NCBI GenBank assembly: GCA_018831265.1
Contig: JAHJCO010000041.1
Span: 33,700-97,699, forward strand
Reading direction: 5' to 3'
From: Actinomycetota bacterium
GTDB lineage: Bacteria; Actinomycetota; Geothermincolia; Fen-727; Anoxymicrobiaceae
DNA: 64,000 nucleotides
The stretch's first letter is position 1, and each line of letters starts with the position of its first letter. Position numbers and translations under genes: made by a program. Of the stretch, positions 46,552 to 54,933 are shown piece by piece. The notes beneath the pieces were generated by a model. It searched no databases. It saw only the letters and a list, made by a program, of their open reading frames with translations, and had not been told where the DNA came from.

Positions 46552-46698
46552 CTCGTTCCCCCCTTAATCGGTGACCCTGCCGCTACAGGGCAAGATTGTA
46601 CAACGCCCGGCCAGTCCAGTGAATAGCCTGGGGGTCAGGCACCATTCAATTCATTCGCGGGAGGGGGAGCAGGACGGAGCCAAACCTGATCCCGGTAA

Positions 46699-46753
46699 GT
46701 AGACTGACGTGTCAATCTCCTATATTGACATGTCAGTCTACCACCGCTATAAT
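46699..46753 (+). promoter_or_regulatory. Consensus sigma70 promoter overlapped by a double TGACRTGTCA operator
   Basis: TTGACA 46725-46730, 17-nt spacer, TATAAT 46748-46753. An 18-bp inverted repeat (1 mismatch) lies at 46699-46716 / 46724-46741. Confidence 0.85.
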
Positions 46754-46788
46754 CATCGCAACCAGGAGGCAACAAGGGGCAGGGGGCG

Positions 46789-48129
46789 GTGCCAGTGAAT
46801 CGGTCCTTCAAGTCGGCGATAACCATCCTGATCGTCCTTGCGATGCTTGTGTGGCTGGTGCCCGCGGCGGTCGCGGCCCCCAGGCCGGACCCCTCCGCTC
46901 CGTACACCGCCAGGACGCAGGACGGCGTGACGCTCGCCCTCAAGCGTTACCTCCCCGCCTCCGGTGTGGCATTCCACACCGGGGCGCAACCTGTCATCCT
47001 AATGCCCGGCCTGGGATGCAACCTCAACTACTTCGATATAAGGACCCCTGCCGGAGAGTGTTACCGGTTGAAGCTCCCGGGCGAGTTGGCCTCGTGGGCC
47101 AGGAACGACCCGTACGTCGCGAAAGATCCCATGAAGTACTACAGCATGGCCCACTACCTGTGGAGCCAGGGGTACGACGTCTGGTGCGCCAACTACAGGG
47201 GCGAGGGCAGGCTGCCGTACCGTAGCGGCGGCGCTTATGGATACAGCATCGACGAGCTTGGCATCTACGACATGCGTGCGATAGTCGGTACGGTGTTCGA
47301 CAATACGGGCAGGCACCCGGTCTGGATCGGTCACAGCATGGGCTCGAGTATGGCCTACGAGTACCTGGAGGGTTGCCGGTTCGGCGGGGGCTGGAATCCC
47401 CACGTGGTATCGGACGCGGGCCTGACGGCCGAGCGGAACGGCGGCTCGGGACGCGAGGCGCTCAAAGGGTTCGTGGACCTGGACGGGCCCATGGTCCCGG
47501 TCATGAACTCGGTGCCCCAGGTGAAGCTCCTCTGGGTACCGCTGAGCCTTCCCGTGTATATCAACGTGCGTCCCATCGTAAAACTGTTCGGAGAGGTCGC
47601 GGCGCCGGTCTTCGAGGGGTTCGAGTACGTCGCCTGGTTCATCTGGAGCACCCTGGGCTCCCCGGACCTGGGCCTGATAAACAGCCTCTTCAGCATGAAC
47701 CCGGCCAACATGGACGTGGACGTGGCCCGGTACATGATCGAGTACTGCGTGGACGGCATGAGCACCAGGACGATCTCCCAGTACGCCGACGCCGGCGCGT
47801 TCGGCAAGTTCCGCGAGGACTACAAGAACGGCACCTGGAACGCCCTCAGGGTCGCCCCCGGCAGGCCGAGGTCGGGGGACGGTTACTACTACTACACGGA
47901 CAACCTGGCCAGGATAAGCCTGCCGGCCCTGGTCATCGCGGACGCGACCGAGGACGTCACGAGTCCCGGGGACATAGAGAACTTCTACAAGGGCAAGACC
48001 CGGAACGCGCTGGACGAGTTCTACGTCGCTCCCGACACCGCGCACGTGGACGTCGTCCTGGGGCTGAACGCTCCGACAACGACCTTCCCGAAGATCGGTG
48101 GCTGGCTCAAGAGGCTGGGCACGAACTAG
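46789..48129 (+). CDS. Secreted alpha/beta hydrolase (lipase/esterase-like)
   Basis: Signal peptide, TQDGVTL..RY, GYDVW..NYRG.G, GHSMG and H.D. Confidence 0.85.
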   Translation: MPVNRSFKSAITILIVLAMLVWLVPAAVAAPRPDPSAPYTARTQDGVTLALKRYLPASGVAFHTGAQPVILMPGLGCNLNYFDIRTPAGECYRLKLPGELASWARNDPYVAKDPMKYYSMAHYLWSQGYDVWCANYRGEGRLPYRSGGAYGYSIDELGIYDMRAIVGTVFDNTGRHPVWIGHSMGSSMAYEYLEGCRFGGGWNPHVVSDAGLTAERNGGSGREALKGFVDLDGPMVPVMNSVPQVKLLWVPLSLPVYINVRPIVKLFGEVAAPVFEGFEYVAWFIWSTLGSPDLGLINSLFSMNPANMDVDVARYMIEYCVDGMSTRTISQYADAGAFGKFREDYKNGTWNALRVAPGRPRSGDGYYYYTDNLARISLPALVIADATEDVTSPGDIENFYKGKTRNALDEFYVAPDTAHVDVVLGLNAPTTTFPKIGGWLKRLGTN

Positions 48130-48179
48130 ACACCACCCGGGGTGGCAAGAGGGGACCCGGCCCGACAGCAGGAGCGCGG

Positions 48180-48209
48180 ACGGTGAGGATTCTCACCGTC
48201 CGTTTTCTT
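48180..48209 (+). terminator. Probable intrinsic terminator
   Basis: ACGGTGAG-GATT-CTCACCGT hairpin followed within 3 nt by TTTTCTT. Confidence 0.55.
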
Positions 48210-48283
48210 AGGCGTTGACCCCGTGGCGGGCCCTCTCGATAATTGTGTGGGCCGGGACGGGTCTGAAAGAAGAAGGGTGGCAG

Positions 48284-49087
48284 TTGGCAAGTAGGGTGAC
48301 ACTGGATCGCGAGCAGCGGGAGCGACAGCTGCTCGACGTCGCGTGCGCGGTGTTCGCGGAGAAAGGGTACAGGTGCTCGAACGTTGCGGATATCGTCGAG
48401 CGGGCGGGAGTCTCCCGTGGCACGTTCTACCATTACTTCGAGTCCAGGGAGGCGATCTTCGCTCGGCTCCTGGAGGATTACTTCCAGCGCTTCGAGGCGA
48501 TCGTCGAAGCGAACCACGACAGGTTGATGGCGGCGATCCTGGGCGACGGCGACGTGATAGGAGCGTGGCGTGAGAACACCCTGGAGGTGCTACGCTTCCA
48601 CGCCGACAGGCCGGAGCTGACGACGTTGATATACCGCGAGGCGATAGGCCTGGGCCGGCCCTTCGCCAGACGGATGGACCGATTGACCGGGCTCTCCAAG
48701 CGCCGGCTGGCCGAGGAGTTCGGCGCCCTGTCGTCCCGGGGGATGATCGTCCCCTTCGATCTCGAACTGCTGCTGCTGATAGTGAACGGCAGCGTGCTGG
48801 GGCTGATCATGGAATGGGTGCTTGAGAAGAAGACGGAGGACCTGGAGACGCTCGCGGACAACTTCGTCCGGTACCACACCAGGGCGTTGTCGCCGATCCC
48901 GGCCGAGCCGCCGGCCGCGAGGGTGACTCCCACCACGGAACGTCGGTTGGGCGCGCCCGACAGGAGAGCCTCCGGGTCCGGGGACCGCAGGGAGTCCGGC
49001 AGGGGCCACCGGCGTGCCCCGGGCATGAGCGACCGCACAAAGGCCGAGCGCGAGATGAGGCGGGACGGCCGGGGGGGCTCGGAATGA
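48284..49087 (+). CDS. TetR/AcrR family regulator
   Basis: VFAEKGY….VADI..RAGVSRGTFYHYF.S.E. TTG 48284 was chosen from the RBS. Confidence 0.9.
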   Translation: MASRVTLDREQRERQLLDVACAVFAEKGYRCSNVADIVERAGVSRGTFYHYFESREAIFARLLEDYFQRFEAIVEANHDRLMAAILGDGDVIGAWRENTLEVLRFHADRPELTTLIYREAIGLGRPFARRMDRLTGLSKRRLAEEFGALSSRGMIVPFDLELLLLIVNGSVLGLIMEWVLEKKTEDLETLADNFVRYHTRALSPIPAEPPAARVTPTTERRLGAPDRRASGSGDRRESGRGHRRAPGMSDRTKAEREMRRDGRGGSE

Positions 49088-49755
49088 ACGAAGTACACGA
49101 GCCTGACTCCAGACCCGGCCGGGAGGAGCGCCGGGAGCGGATAATGAAGTCGGCCGCGACGGTGTTCGCGTCGAAGGGTTTCGAGTCATCGACCATCACC
49201 GACATCATCCAGGCGGCCGGCGTCGCCAGGCGGACCTTCTACAACTACTTCGAATCGAAGAAGGAAGTCTTCCTGAAGCTGGTCGAGGCATACTTCGATG
49301 GCTACACCACCGTCCTCGGCCGGGGGTATGACAACCTCGTACTGGTGCTGGAGCGGGACCCGTCCGGGACCATAGACGCCTGGCGCGAGCTGGTGCTCTC
49401 CATCCTGGAGTTCCACAACGAGAACCGGGAGCTCACCGTGCTGGTGTGGCGGGAGGCGCAGGCGGAGGACGAGCACTTCACGGCCAGGGTGCAGGAGCTC
49501 ATCCGGATGGCGCGAGAGCGGGTGGTGGAGGAGTTCAGGCTGATGGCCGACAAGGGCCTGCTGGTGGACCTGGACGTCGAGCTGGCCACCACCATCATCA
49601 ACAGCGCCGTCATGACCATCGTGCTCGACCACGTGCTGCGGAAGGACGACCTCGACCTGAGAGCGATCGCGGACCAGCTGGTGCGCTACCAGGCGCGCGC
49701 CCTGGCGCCCGACCGCTCAGTGGTCGACCAGGCCTTCGGAAGCCAGGTCTATTAA
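49084..49755 (+). CDS. TetR/AcrR family regulator (tandem paralogue)
   Basis: FASKGF..STITDI..AAGVARRTFYNYFESK; ATGA overlap with the previous gene. Confidence 0.92.
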   Translation: MNEVHEPDSRPGREERRERIMKSAATVFASKGFESSTITDIIQAAGVARRTFYNYFESKKEVFLKLVEAYFDGYTTVLGRGYDNLVLVLERDPSGTIDAWRELVLSILEFHNENRELTVLVWREAQAEDEHFTARVQELIRMARERVVEEFRLMADKGLLVDLDVELATTIINSAVMTIVLDHVLRKDDLDLRAIADQLVRYQARALAPDRSVVDQAFGSQVY

Positions 49756-49843
49756 ACGACAGGTTGGCTCGCACCACGTCACGGCTGCAATTGGTCGACC
49801 TACATTCACAGCGAAAAGGATTCTGACGGAACCCGATATGCCG

Positions 49844-49914
49844 TGAAAGAAAACCTCAGACCATTTCTTTCATCCGATGGTCCTCTGAGAGAAAACCTCT
49901 GAGGTATTTTTTCA
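49844..49914. repeat. Two 29-bp palindromic elements
   Basis: 49844-49872 is identical to the 13623 copy; 49886-49914 is a hybrid variant. Further copies lie at 38777-38805 and 51877-51905. Confidence 0.85.
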
Positions 49915-49982
49915 CCTGCCTTTAACGCGGCATAAACACGCGCGCGGGACAATGACTTCGATGGTCGGATGAAGGGACGACG

Positions 49983-51053
49983 ATGGGGCGAGGATGGTCA
50001 TTCGCGGCGGTGGTCCTGGTGGCGATGCTGTCGCTGGTCTGCCTCGCCGGTTGCGGTAACCCGACGGCCGGGACCGACGCCGGCATGGACCCGGGCCTGT
50101 TCGGTATCCACCTGAGCAACAGGCTCGGCACCGGGTACGACGAGACTTTCGCGGCCTTCAGCGAGCTGGGCGCGACCTGGGTGAGGACGAGCATACCCTG
50201 GGAGAAGGTAGAGCCCGAGAACGGGGCGTTCGACTGGGAGAACACGGACAGGATGGTCGAAGCGGCTTCTGAGCACGATATCCACCTGCTGATAACGATC
50301 CGCGCGCTCAGTACCTGGGGCTGCTCCCGCGTGCCGGCGAACTGGTCGAAGCCGGGATATCACGCCGCGGTCCCCCCGGCGGACATGGCCGAGTACGAGG
50401 AGTTCGTCCGGGCGTTCGTGGGAAGGTACTCGGGACGCGGCGTCGCCTGGCAGATCGACAACGAGCCGAACGCGAAGGCGTTCTGGGACGGAACGATGCA
50501 GGAGTACTTGGCACTGCTCGAAGCGGGGTACACCGCGGCTCACGAGGCTGACCCGGGTGCGGTGGTCCTTCCGGCCGGGCTGGCATGCGGGTTCTCGCTG
50601 ACCGGTTACCCAGAGGAGAAGCGCGACCGGATCGGGGACTGGTTCACCGCGATCCTGGACACGGAGGCACACGACGCGCTGGACATGCATGACTACTACC
50701 CGGCCGAAGGGGCAAACCCCTGGGGCATAGCCTTCGGCGAATACATAGACTGGCACCGTGTGTGGATGGATGAACGGTCGGTGGACGCGCCGCTCTGGAT
50801 GAGCGAGGCGGGGGTGCCCAGTGAGCCAATCACCATCGGCGGACGGGAGATCGGCCACACGGAGTCGCGGCAGGCATCAGGCCTGGAAGCTATTTACGAG
50901 ACCTCCGCCTCGAAAGGGATCGCGCACGTATTCTGGTTGAAGCTGGTCGACACCGACGAGTACTCGTTCTCCTCGATGGGGCTGATGACCGACGATCTCG
51001 TGAAGAAGCCGGCGTGGGAGTCGTACCGGGACCTGGCGAAGAGCGACCTTTAG
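49983..51053 (+). CDS. Lipoprotein, clan GH-A glycoside hydrolase (GH5/GH39-like)
   Basis: Lipobox LAGC; W..VEP..G.FDW; acid/base NEP; nucleophile W.SE.G. Confidence 0.82.
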   Translation: MGRGWSFAAVVLVAMLSLVCLAGCGNPTAGTDAGMDPGLFGIHLSNRLGTGYDETFAAFSELGATWVRTSIPWEKVEPENGAFDWENTDRMVEAASEHDIHLLITIRALSTWGCSRVPANWSKPGYHAAVPPADMAEYEEFVRAFVGRYSGRGVAWQIDNEPNAKAFWDGTMQEYLALLEAGYTAAHEADPGAVVLPAGLACGFSLTGYPEEKRDRIGDWFTAILDTEAHDALDMHDYYPAEGANPWGIAFGEYIDWHRVWMDERSVDAPLWMSEAGVPSEPITIGGREIGHTESRQASGLEAIYETSASKGIAHVFWLKLVDTDEYSFSSMGLMTDDLVKKPAWESYRDLAKSDL

Positions 51054-51056
51054 CCC

Positions 51057-51737
51057 TCAGCGGGCGCCCTTGCGCGTGGCCTTGCCCTTCCTGTCCCGGG
51101 GCTCCACGCCCGTCCACAGGACGTCCAGGAAGACCTTGATCATGTCGACCATGCCGCGCATCGGCACGTCCGGGCCGGGCGGGAAGACGGTCATCGGGGA
51201 TATGACCATCGAGTTGATCATCATGGCCAGGAGCATTACCGGGATGTCATCCCGCACCTCGCCCTTCTCCAGACCCCGCGCAAGCACGCCCGCCACAAGA
51301 TCGAGGAAGGTGGGGATCCCCTCGCCCAGCATCGCCTCGAAGCGCCTGCGGTCCCGGGCGACCTCCCGCAGCACGGCCGCGTAGAGGTGCGGCGGAGCGT
51401 TGGTGTCGGCCATCGCGGTGTAACCGGCGAAAAGGATCTCCTTGGTGCCCATGTCCGGGTCCCGCTCGGACTCCTCGATCGCACGGCGCACCCGCCCGAA
51501 CTCGCCGGCGGCTATGGACAGGAGCACATCCTCCTTGCGCGGGAAGTAGTGGAAGAAGGTCCCCCTGCTGACTCCCGCCTTCTCGATGATGTCCTCTATC
51601 CTCGCTCCCTCGACGGTGTCGCGGGAGAACACGCTCACCGCGGCGTCGATGAGCTTCTGCCGCGTATCCACGCCTCTCTGCTGGCGGGGACGCGCGCCGA
51701 ACGGCGGGGCCGGCTTACCGGGCTTTCTCTCAGGCAA
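51057..51737 (-). CDS. TetR/AcrR family regulator
   Basis: IEDI..KAGVSRGTFFHYFPRKED; C-terminal GEVRDD. Confidence 0.9.
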   Translation of the reverse strand: MPERKPGKPAPPFGARPRQQRGVDTRQKLIDAAVSVFSRDTVEGARIEDIIEKAGVSRGTFFHYFPRKEDVLLSIAAGEFGRVRRAIEESERDPDMGTKEILFAGYTAMADTNAPPHLYAAVLREVARDRRRFEAMLGEGIPTFLDLVAGVLARGLEKGEVRDDIPVMLLAMMINSMVISPMTVFPPGPDVPMRGMVDMIKVFLDVLWTGVEPRDRKGKATRKGAR

Positions 51738-51910
51738 TATTCATCGCGTCCTTTGAGGGCGGTCGGATAAGTACCAATACATAGAGCATGGTATGGGTTT
51801 TGATGAAATTATTCAAACGCCAGGAGGAGCTCAGACTCATTCCGTCATCGTCGATCGACCGCTTTGAGGCTTCCGATGAAAGAAATGGTCTGAGGTATTC
51901 TTTCAGTCAG

Positions 51911-53191
51911 TCAGGGCCAGTCCGTTATGGTGGTCCGGCCTGCCGGCACCGTGCGCACGCGTTCGTCGTTCACGGGCAGGCGCCTGTAGTGGAGGACCGC
52001 GAGCAGGGTCATGGAAAGGAGCATGGCCAGTATCAGCGCGTAGCCGGGCAGGTGGCGCCAGTTCTGATTGAGCACCGCGTAGATGATGAAGGCGACCAGC
52101 AGGACGCACGGCCATGAGAGCTTGACCACGGCCGCCCTCCTGGCCTTCCTCGTGTCGAAACCATCCCCGCCGACGAAGGTACCCGGGGAGCGTGCGGCAA
52201 GCGCGATCATGACCAGGCAGGCTGCCGCCAGCAGCGGCACGAAGACCATGCTCCTGGTTCTGTGGTAACCCCAGACGGCGACGAAAGGAGCCGCGAAGAG
52301 GAGGAACCCGATTGCCGCCCGCCTCACACGCTCGGCCACAGGGACCTGTACGAGACCCGACTGCCGCAGCTCAGCGACGCGACGCGAGTAGTGGTAGACA
52401 CACTCGAAGCACCCGGCACCCGCCACCATCACCGAGCACGAGAACGCCAGAGCGATGACGACCGCAGGCGCCTGCAGAGAGCCGCCGGGCGCGAGGAGCT
52501 CCGCGATGGACAGCGGCCAGAAGACTCCGTTCGCCGCGAGTACGAGCACTCCCGCCAGGATGAGGGAGGGGTACCACCGGACCTCGCGGAACAGCCGGAA
52601 GCCCGACGCGACGCCGGAGAAGGGATTCCCGGTCCCCTCGTAGACGGCGCAGTGATAGCCGAGGAGGAACGGCGATATCAGGGGCGCCGCCGGCACCACC
52701 GTCGCTCCCAGAAGCACCGAGCCGACGAGGAACCCGACAACGCCGCCGAGATCCGCACGCGCCGCGTCGGGCACCATGACCTCCATGAAACGGGACATAA
52801 GGTAGATGCTCGCGAACGACACCGAGAGGACGATGACACCGAGGGCGAGCGCGGTCGGTATCATCGGGGCGAAGCGGCGGACGGAGCCCTTCAACCGGGG
52901 CCACCCCGCCAGGCCGAACGAGCCCTCCGCGAGGTAAGCGACGGCGAAACCGTAGAGGATCAGTAGCACACCGACGGCAACAACAGCGCACAGCACGAGT
53001 GCGGGCGTGGCGTCGCCGACTCCCGGCATGCGTACCCCGGTGCGGGCCAACCATGGGAGGAGGATCGCCGTGGCGGGCAGCAGCAGTGCCCCCACCGCCA
53101 GAGGGCTGCGGCCGAGCGAGACCAGGCCGTGCGACAAGGTCCGCGCTATCAGCAGGAAGCCTCCACGCAGCCCGAGACCCTCTTCGCCCAT
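51911..53191 (-). CDS. Hypothetical polytopic membrane protein
   Basis: About 10-11 hydrophobic segments; starts 9 nt after the GltD-like gene, with a GAGGA RBS. Confidence 0.65.
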   Translation of the reverse strand: MGEEGLGLRGGFLLIARTLSHGLVSLGRSPLAVGALLLPATAILLPWLARTGVRMPGVGDATPALVLCAVVAVGVLLILYGFAVAYLAEGSFGLAGWPRLKGSVRRFAPMIPTALALGVIVLSVSFASIYLMSRFMEVMVPDAARADLGGVVGFLVGSVLLGATVVPAAPLISPFLLGYHCAVYEGTGNPFSGVASGFRLFREVRWYPSLILAGVLVLAANGVFWPLSIAELLAPGGSLQAPAVVIALAFSCSVMVAGAGCFECVYHYSRRVAELRQSGLVQVPVAERVRRAAIGFLLFAAPFVAVWGYHRTRSMVFVPLLAAACLVMIALAARSPGTFVGGDGFDTRKARRAAVVKLSWPCVLLVAFIIYAVLNQNWRHLPGYALILAMLLSMTLLAVLHYRRLPVNDERVRTVPAGRTTITDWP

Positions 53192-53200
53192 GCTGTATCC

Positions 53201-54637
53201 TCAGTTCAAGACGCGTTCATCTGTACAGACTCCGGGGGAGGGAGCCGGCATCGCGGCCTGGCCCCGCCCTTCCCGGAGGTATTCGTCGATCGAGCGCGCG
53301 GCCCGCCTGCCGTGCGCGAGGGCCTTGCACACCAGCCCCGCCTCACCCGTGCAGTCGCCGCCCGCGAACACGCCCGGCAGGGACGTCATCATCCCCCGGT
53401 CCACCCGCACCCCATCGCGCCCGCCCCGGTCGATGCCGGCCGGCGCGCAGAACTCCGGGGCCCGGGGCCTGAAGCCGAATGAGACCACGACGAGGTCGGC
53501 ATCCAGACTCTTCCCTTCGCCGGGAACGCGCCAGAACTCGGGGGCGCCGTCCGAAGGGACGCATTCGACCCCGGTCAGCGCGACCGCGCGGACGGCTGCG
53601 GCCCCGTCGCCGCGGAAGCGCGTGGGCCCGAAGCCGGGCAGCATCCTGACTCCCTCGGCCCGGGCGACGCGGTACTCCGATGGAGAGCCGGGGCGAAGCT
53701 CCTCGCTCTCCCGGAACGCGCAGGTAACGGGCGAGTAGCCGAGCCTCACGGCGGCACGGGCACAGTCCATCGCGGAGTCCCCGCCTCCAAGGACCACCGC
53801 CTTGCCGGGGCCGCGCCGCCCTTCACCGCGGTTGAACGCTCTCAGGAACTCTTCCGCGCCGAGCACGTTTTCCAGTTCCCTTCCCGGCGCATCGGGAATG
53901 TCGATGGCGTGGTGGGCGCCGGTCGCTATGAACACGGCGTCGTACCCGTCTCTGAGCTCCTGCATGCTCATGGACGTGCCGACCTCCGCGCCGAGCCTGA
54001 ACTCGACACCGCGCCGCTCGAGCGCCTCCAACCGCCGGTTCAACAGGCCCTTCTCCAGCTTGAAGCCTGGGATGGTCGTGGCCGGTAGGCCCCCCGCCAC
54101 GGGCTCCTTCTCCATCACGGTCACCCTGTGCCCCGCCCGGCTCAGGAACTCCGCGCAGGAGAGCCCGGCCGGACCCGAGCCTACGACCGCAACCGATGTG
54201 TCCAGGGGCCGTATCGAGGCCTCTATCTCCGGCATGACACACTCGAGGGCTATCCCGGCCAGGAACCGCTCGGCGTACTGGATCGTGACCGCGCCTGTCC
54301 TGTCGCCGACGGCGCAGGCGCCCTCGCACAGACGGTCGGCCGGGCAGATCCTGCCGGTGACCTCCGGGAGGGGGTTGGTGAGGGCAAGAACCCGCGCGGC
54401 CTCCGTCACGAGCCCCTCCCGCAGCAGGTCCATCCAGGTCGGAATGTCGTTCCCCAGCGGGCAGGAATCGGCGCAGCGCGGAATGCAGCACGTTATACAG
54501 CGCCGGGTCTGCCCGGCCACGGCCACCGGGCCCAGCCCCTGGTGGATCTCGCCGGCGTCCCCGATGCGCCGCGAGACCCTCCTCTCCACGGGCCGCACCC
54601 GCACCGTCTTCTCGAAGGCCGGTCTCCGCCTGCTCAA
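53201..54637 (-). CDS. GltD/SudA/NfnB-like NAD(P)H-dependent Fe-S flavoprotein
   Basis: RC..C..P.C..CP…IP, GRICP…CE.AC, VGSGPAGL, GGGDSAMD and GVFAGGD. The TTG start overlaps the ferredoxin stop. Confidence 0.9.
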   Translation of the reverse strand: MSRRRPAFEKTVRVRPVERRVSRRIGDAGEIHQGLGPVAVAGQTRRCITCCIPRCADSCPLGNDIPTWMDLLREGLVTEAARVLALTNPLPEVTGRICPADRLCEGACAVGDRTGAVTIQYAERFLAGIALECVMPEIEASIRPLDTSVAVVGSGPAGLSCAEFLSRAGHRVTVMEKEPVAGGLPATTIPGFKLEKGLLNRRLEALERRGVEFRLGAEVGTSMSMQELRDGYDAVFIATGAHHAIDIPDAPGRELENVLGAEEFLRAFNRGEGRRGPGKAVVLGGGDSAMDCARAAVRLGYSPVTCAFRESEELRPGSPSEYRVARAEGVRMLPGFGPTRFRGDGAAAVRAVALTGVECVPSDGAPEFWRVPGEGKSLDADLVVVSFGFRPRAPEFCAPAGIDRGGRDGVRVDRGMMTSLPGVFAGGDCTGEAGLVCKALAHGRRAARSIDEYLREGRGQAAMPAPSPGVCTDERVLN

Positions 54638-54933
54638 CTGACTCCACCTTCTCCGCCTGAATTCGCATCGGCGTCCGACCCCGATGCGATCAACGCTCCC
54701 GTGCCGAGAGCACAATCCGCTTCCCAGGCCTGGGTCCTCTCCCTGCGCGCGGGATCCACGCGGACGGCTCCGACCGGGCAGGTGAGCTCGCAGTTGTAGC
54801 AGGTCATACAGTCGTCCCTGTACCTGATCTTCGCCTTGCGGCTTGGCGGATCGAGGTGGATGACGTCCATCGGACAGCAGACGTCACAGTTCCCGCATCC
54901 CAGGCAGAGCTCCTCGTCGATACGGTCTATCAT
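54634..54933 (-). CDS. 2[4Fe-4S] ferredoxin (AprB-like)
   Basis: CLGCGNC…CPMDVI…CMTCYNCE..CP. Confidence 0.92.
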   Translation of the reverse strand: MIDRIDEELCLGCGNCDVCCPMDVIHLDPPSRKAKIRYRDDCMTCYNCELTCPVGAVRVDPARRERTQAWEADCALGTGALIASGSDADANSGGEGGVS

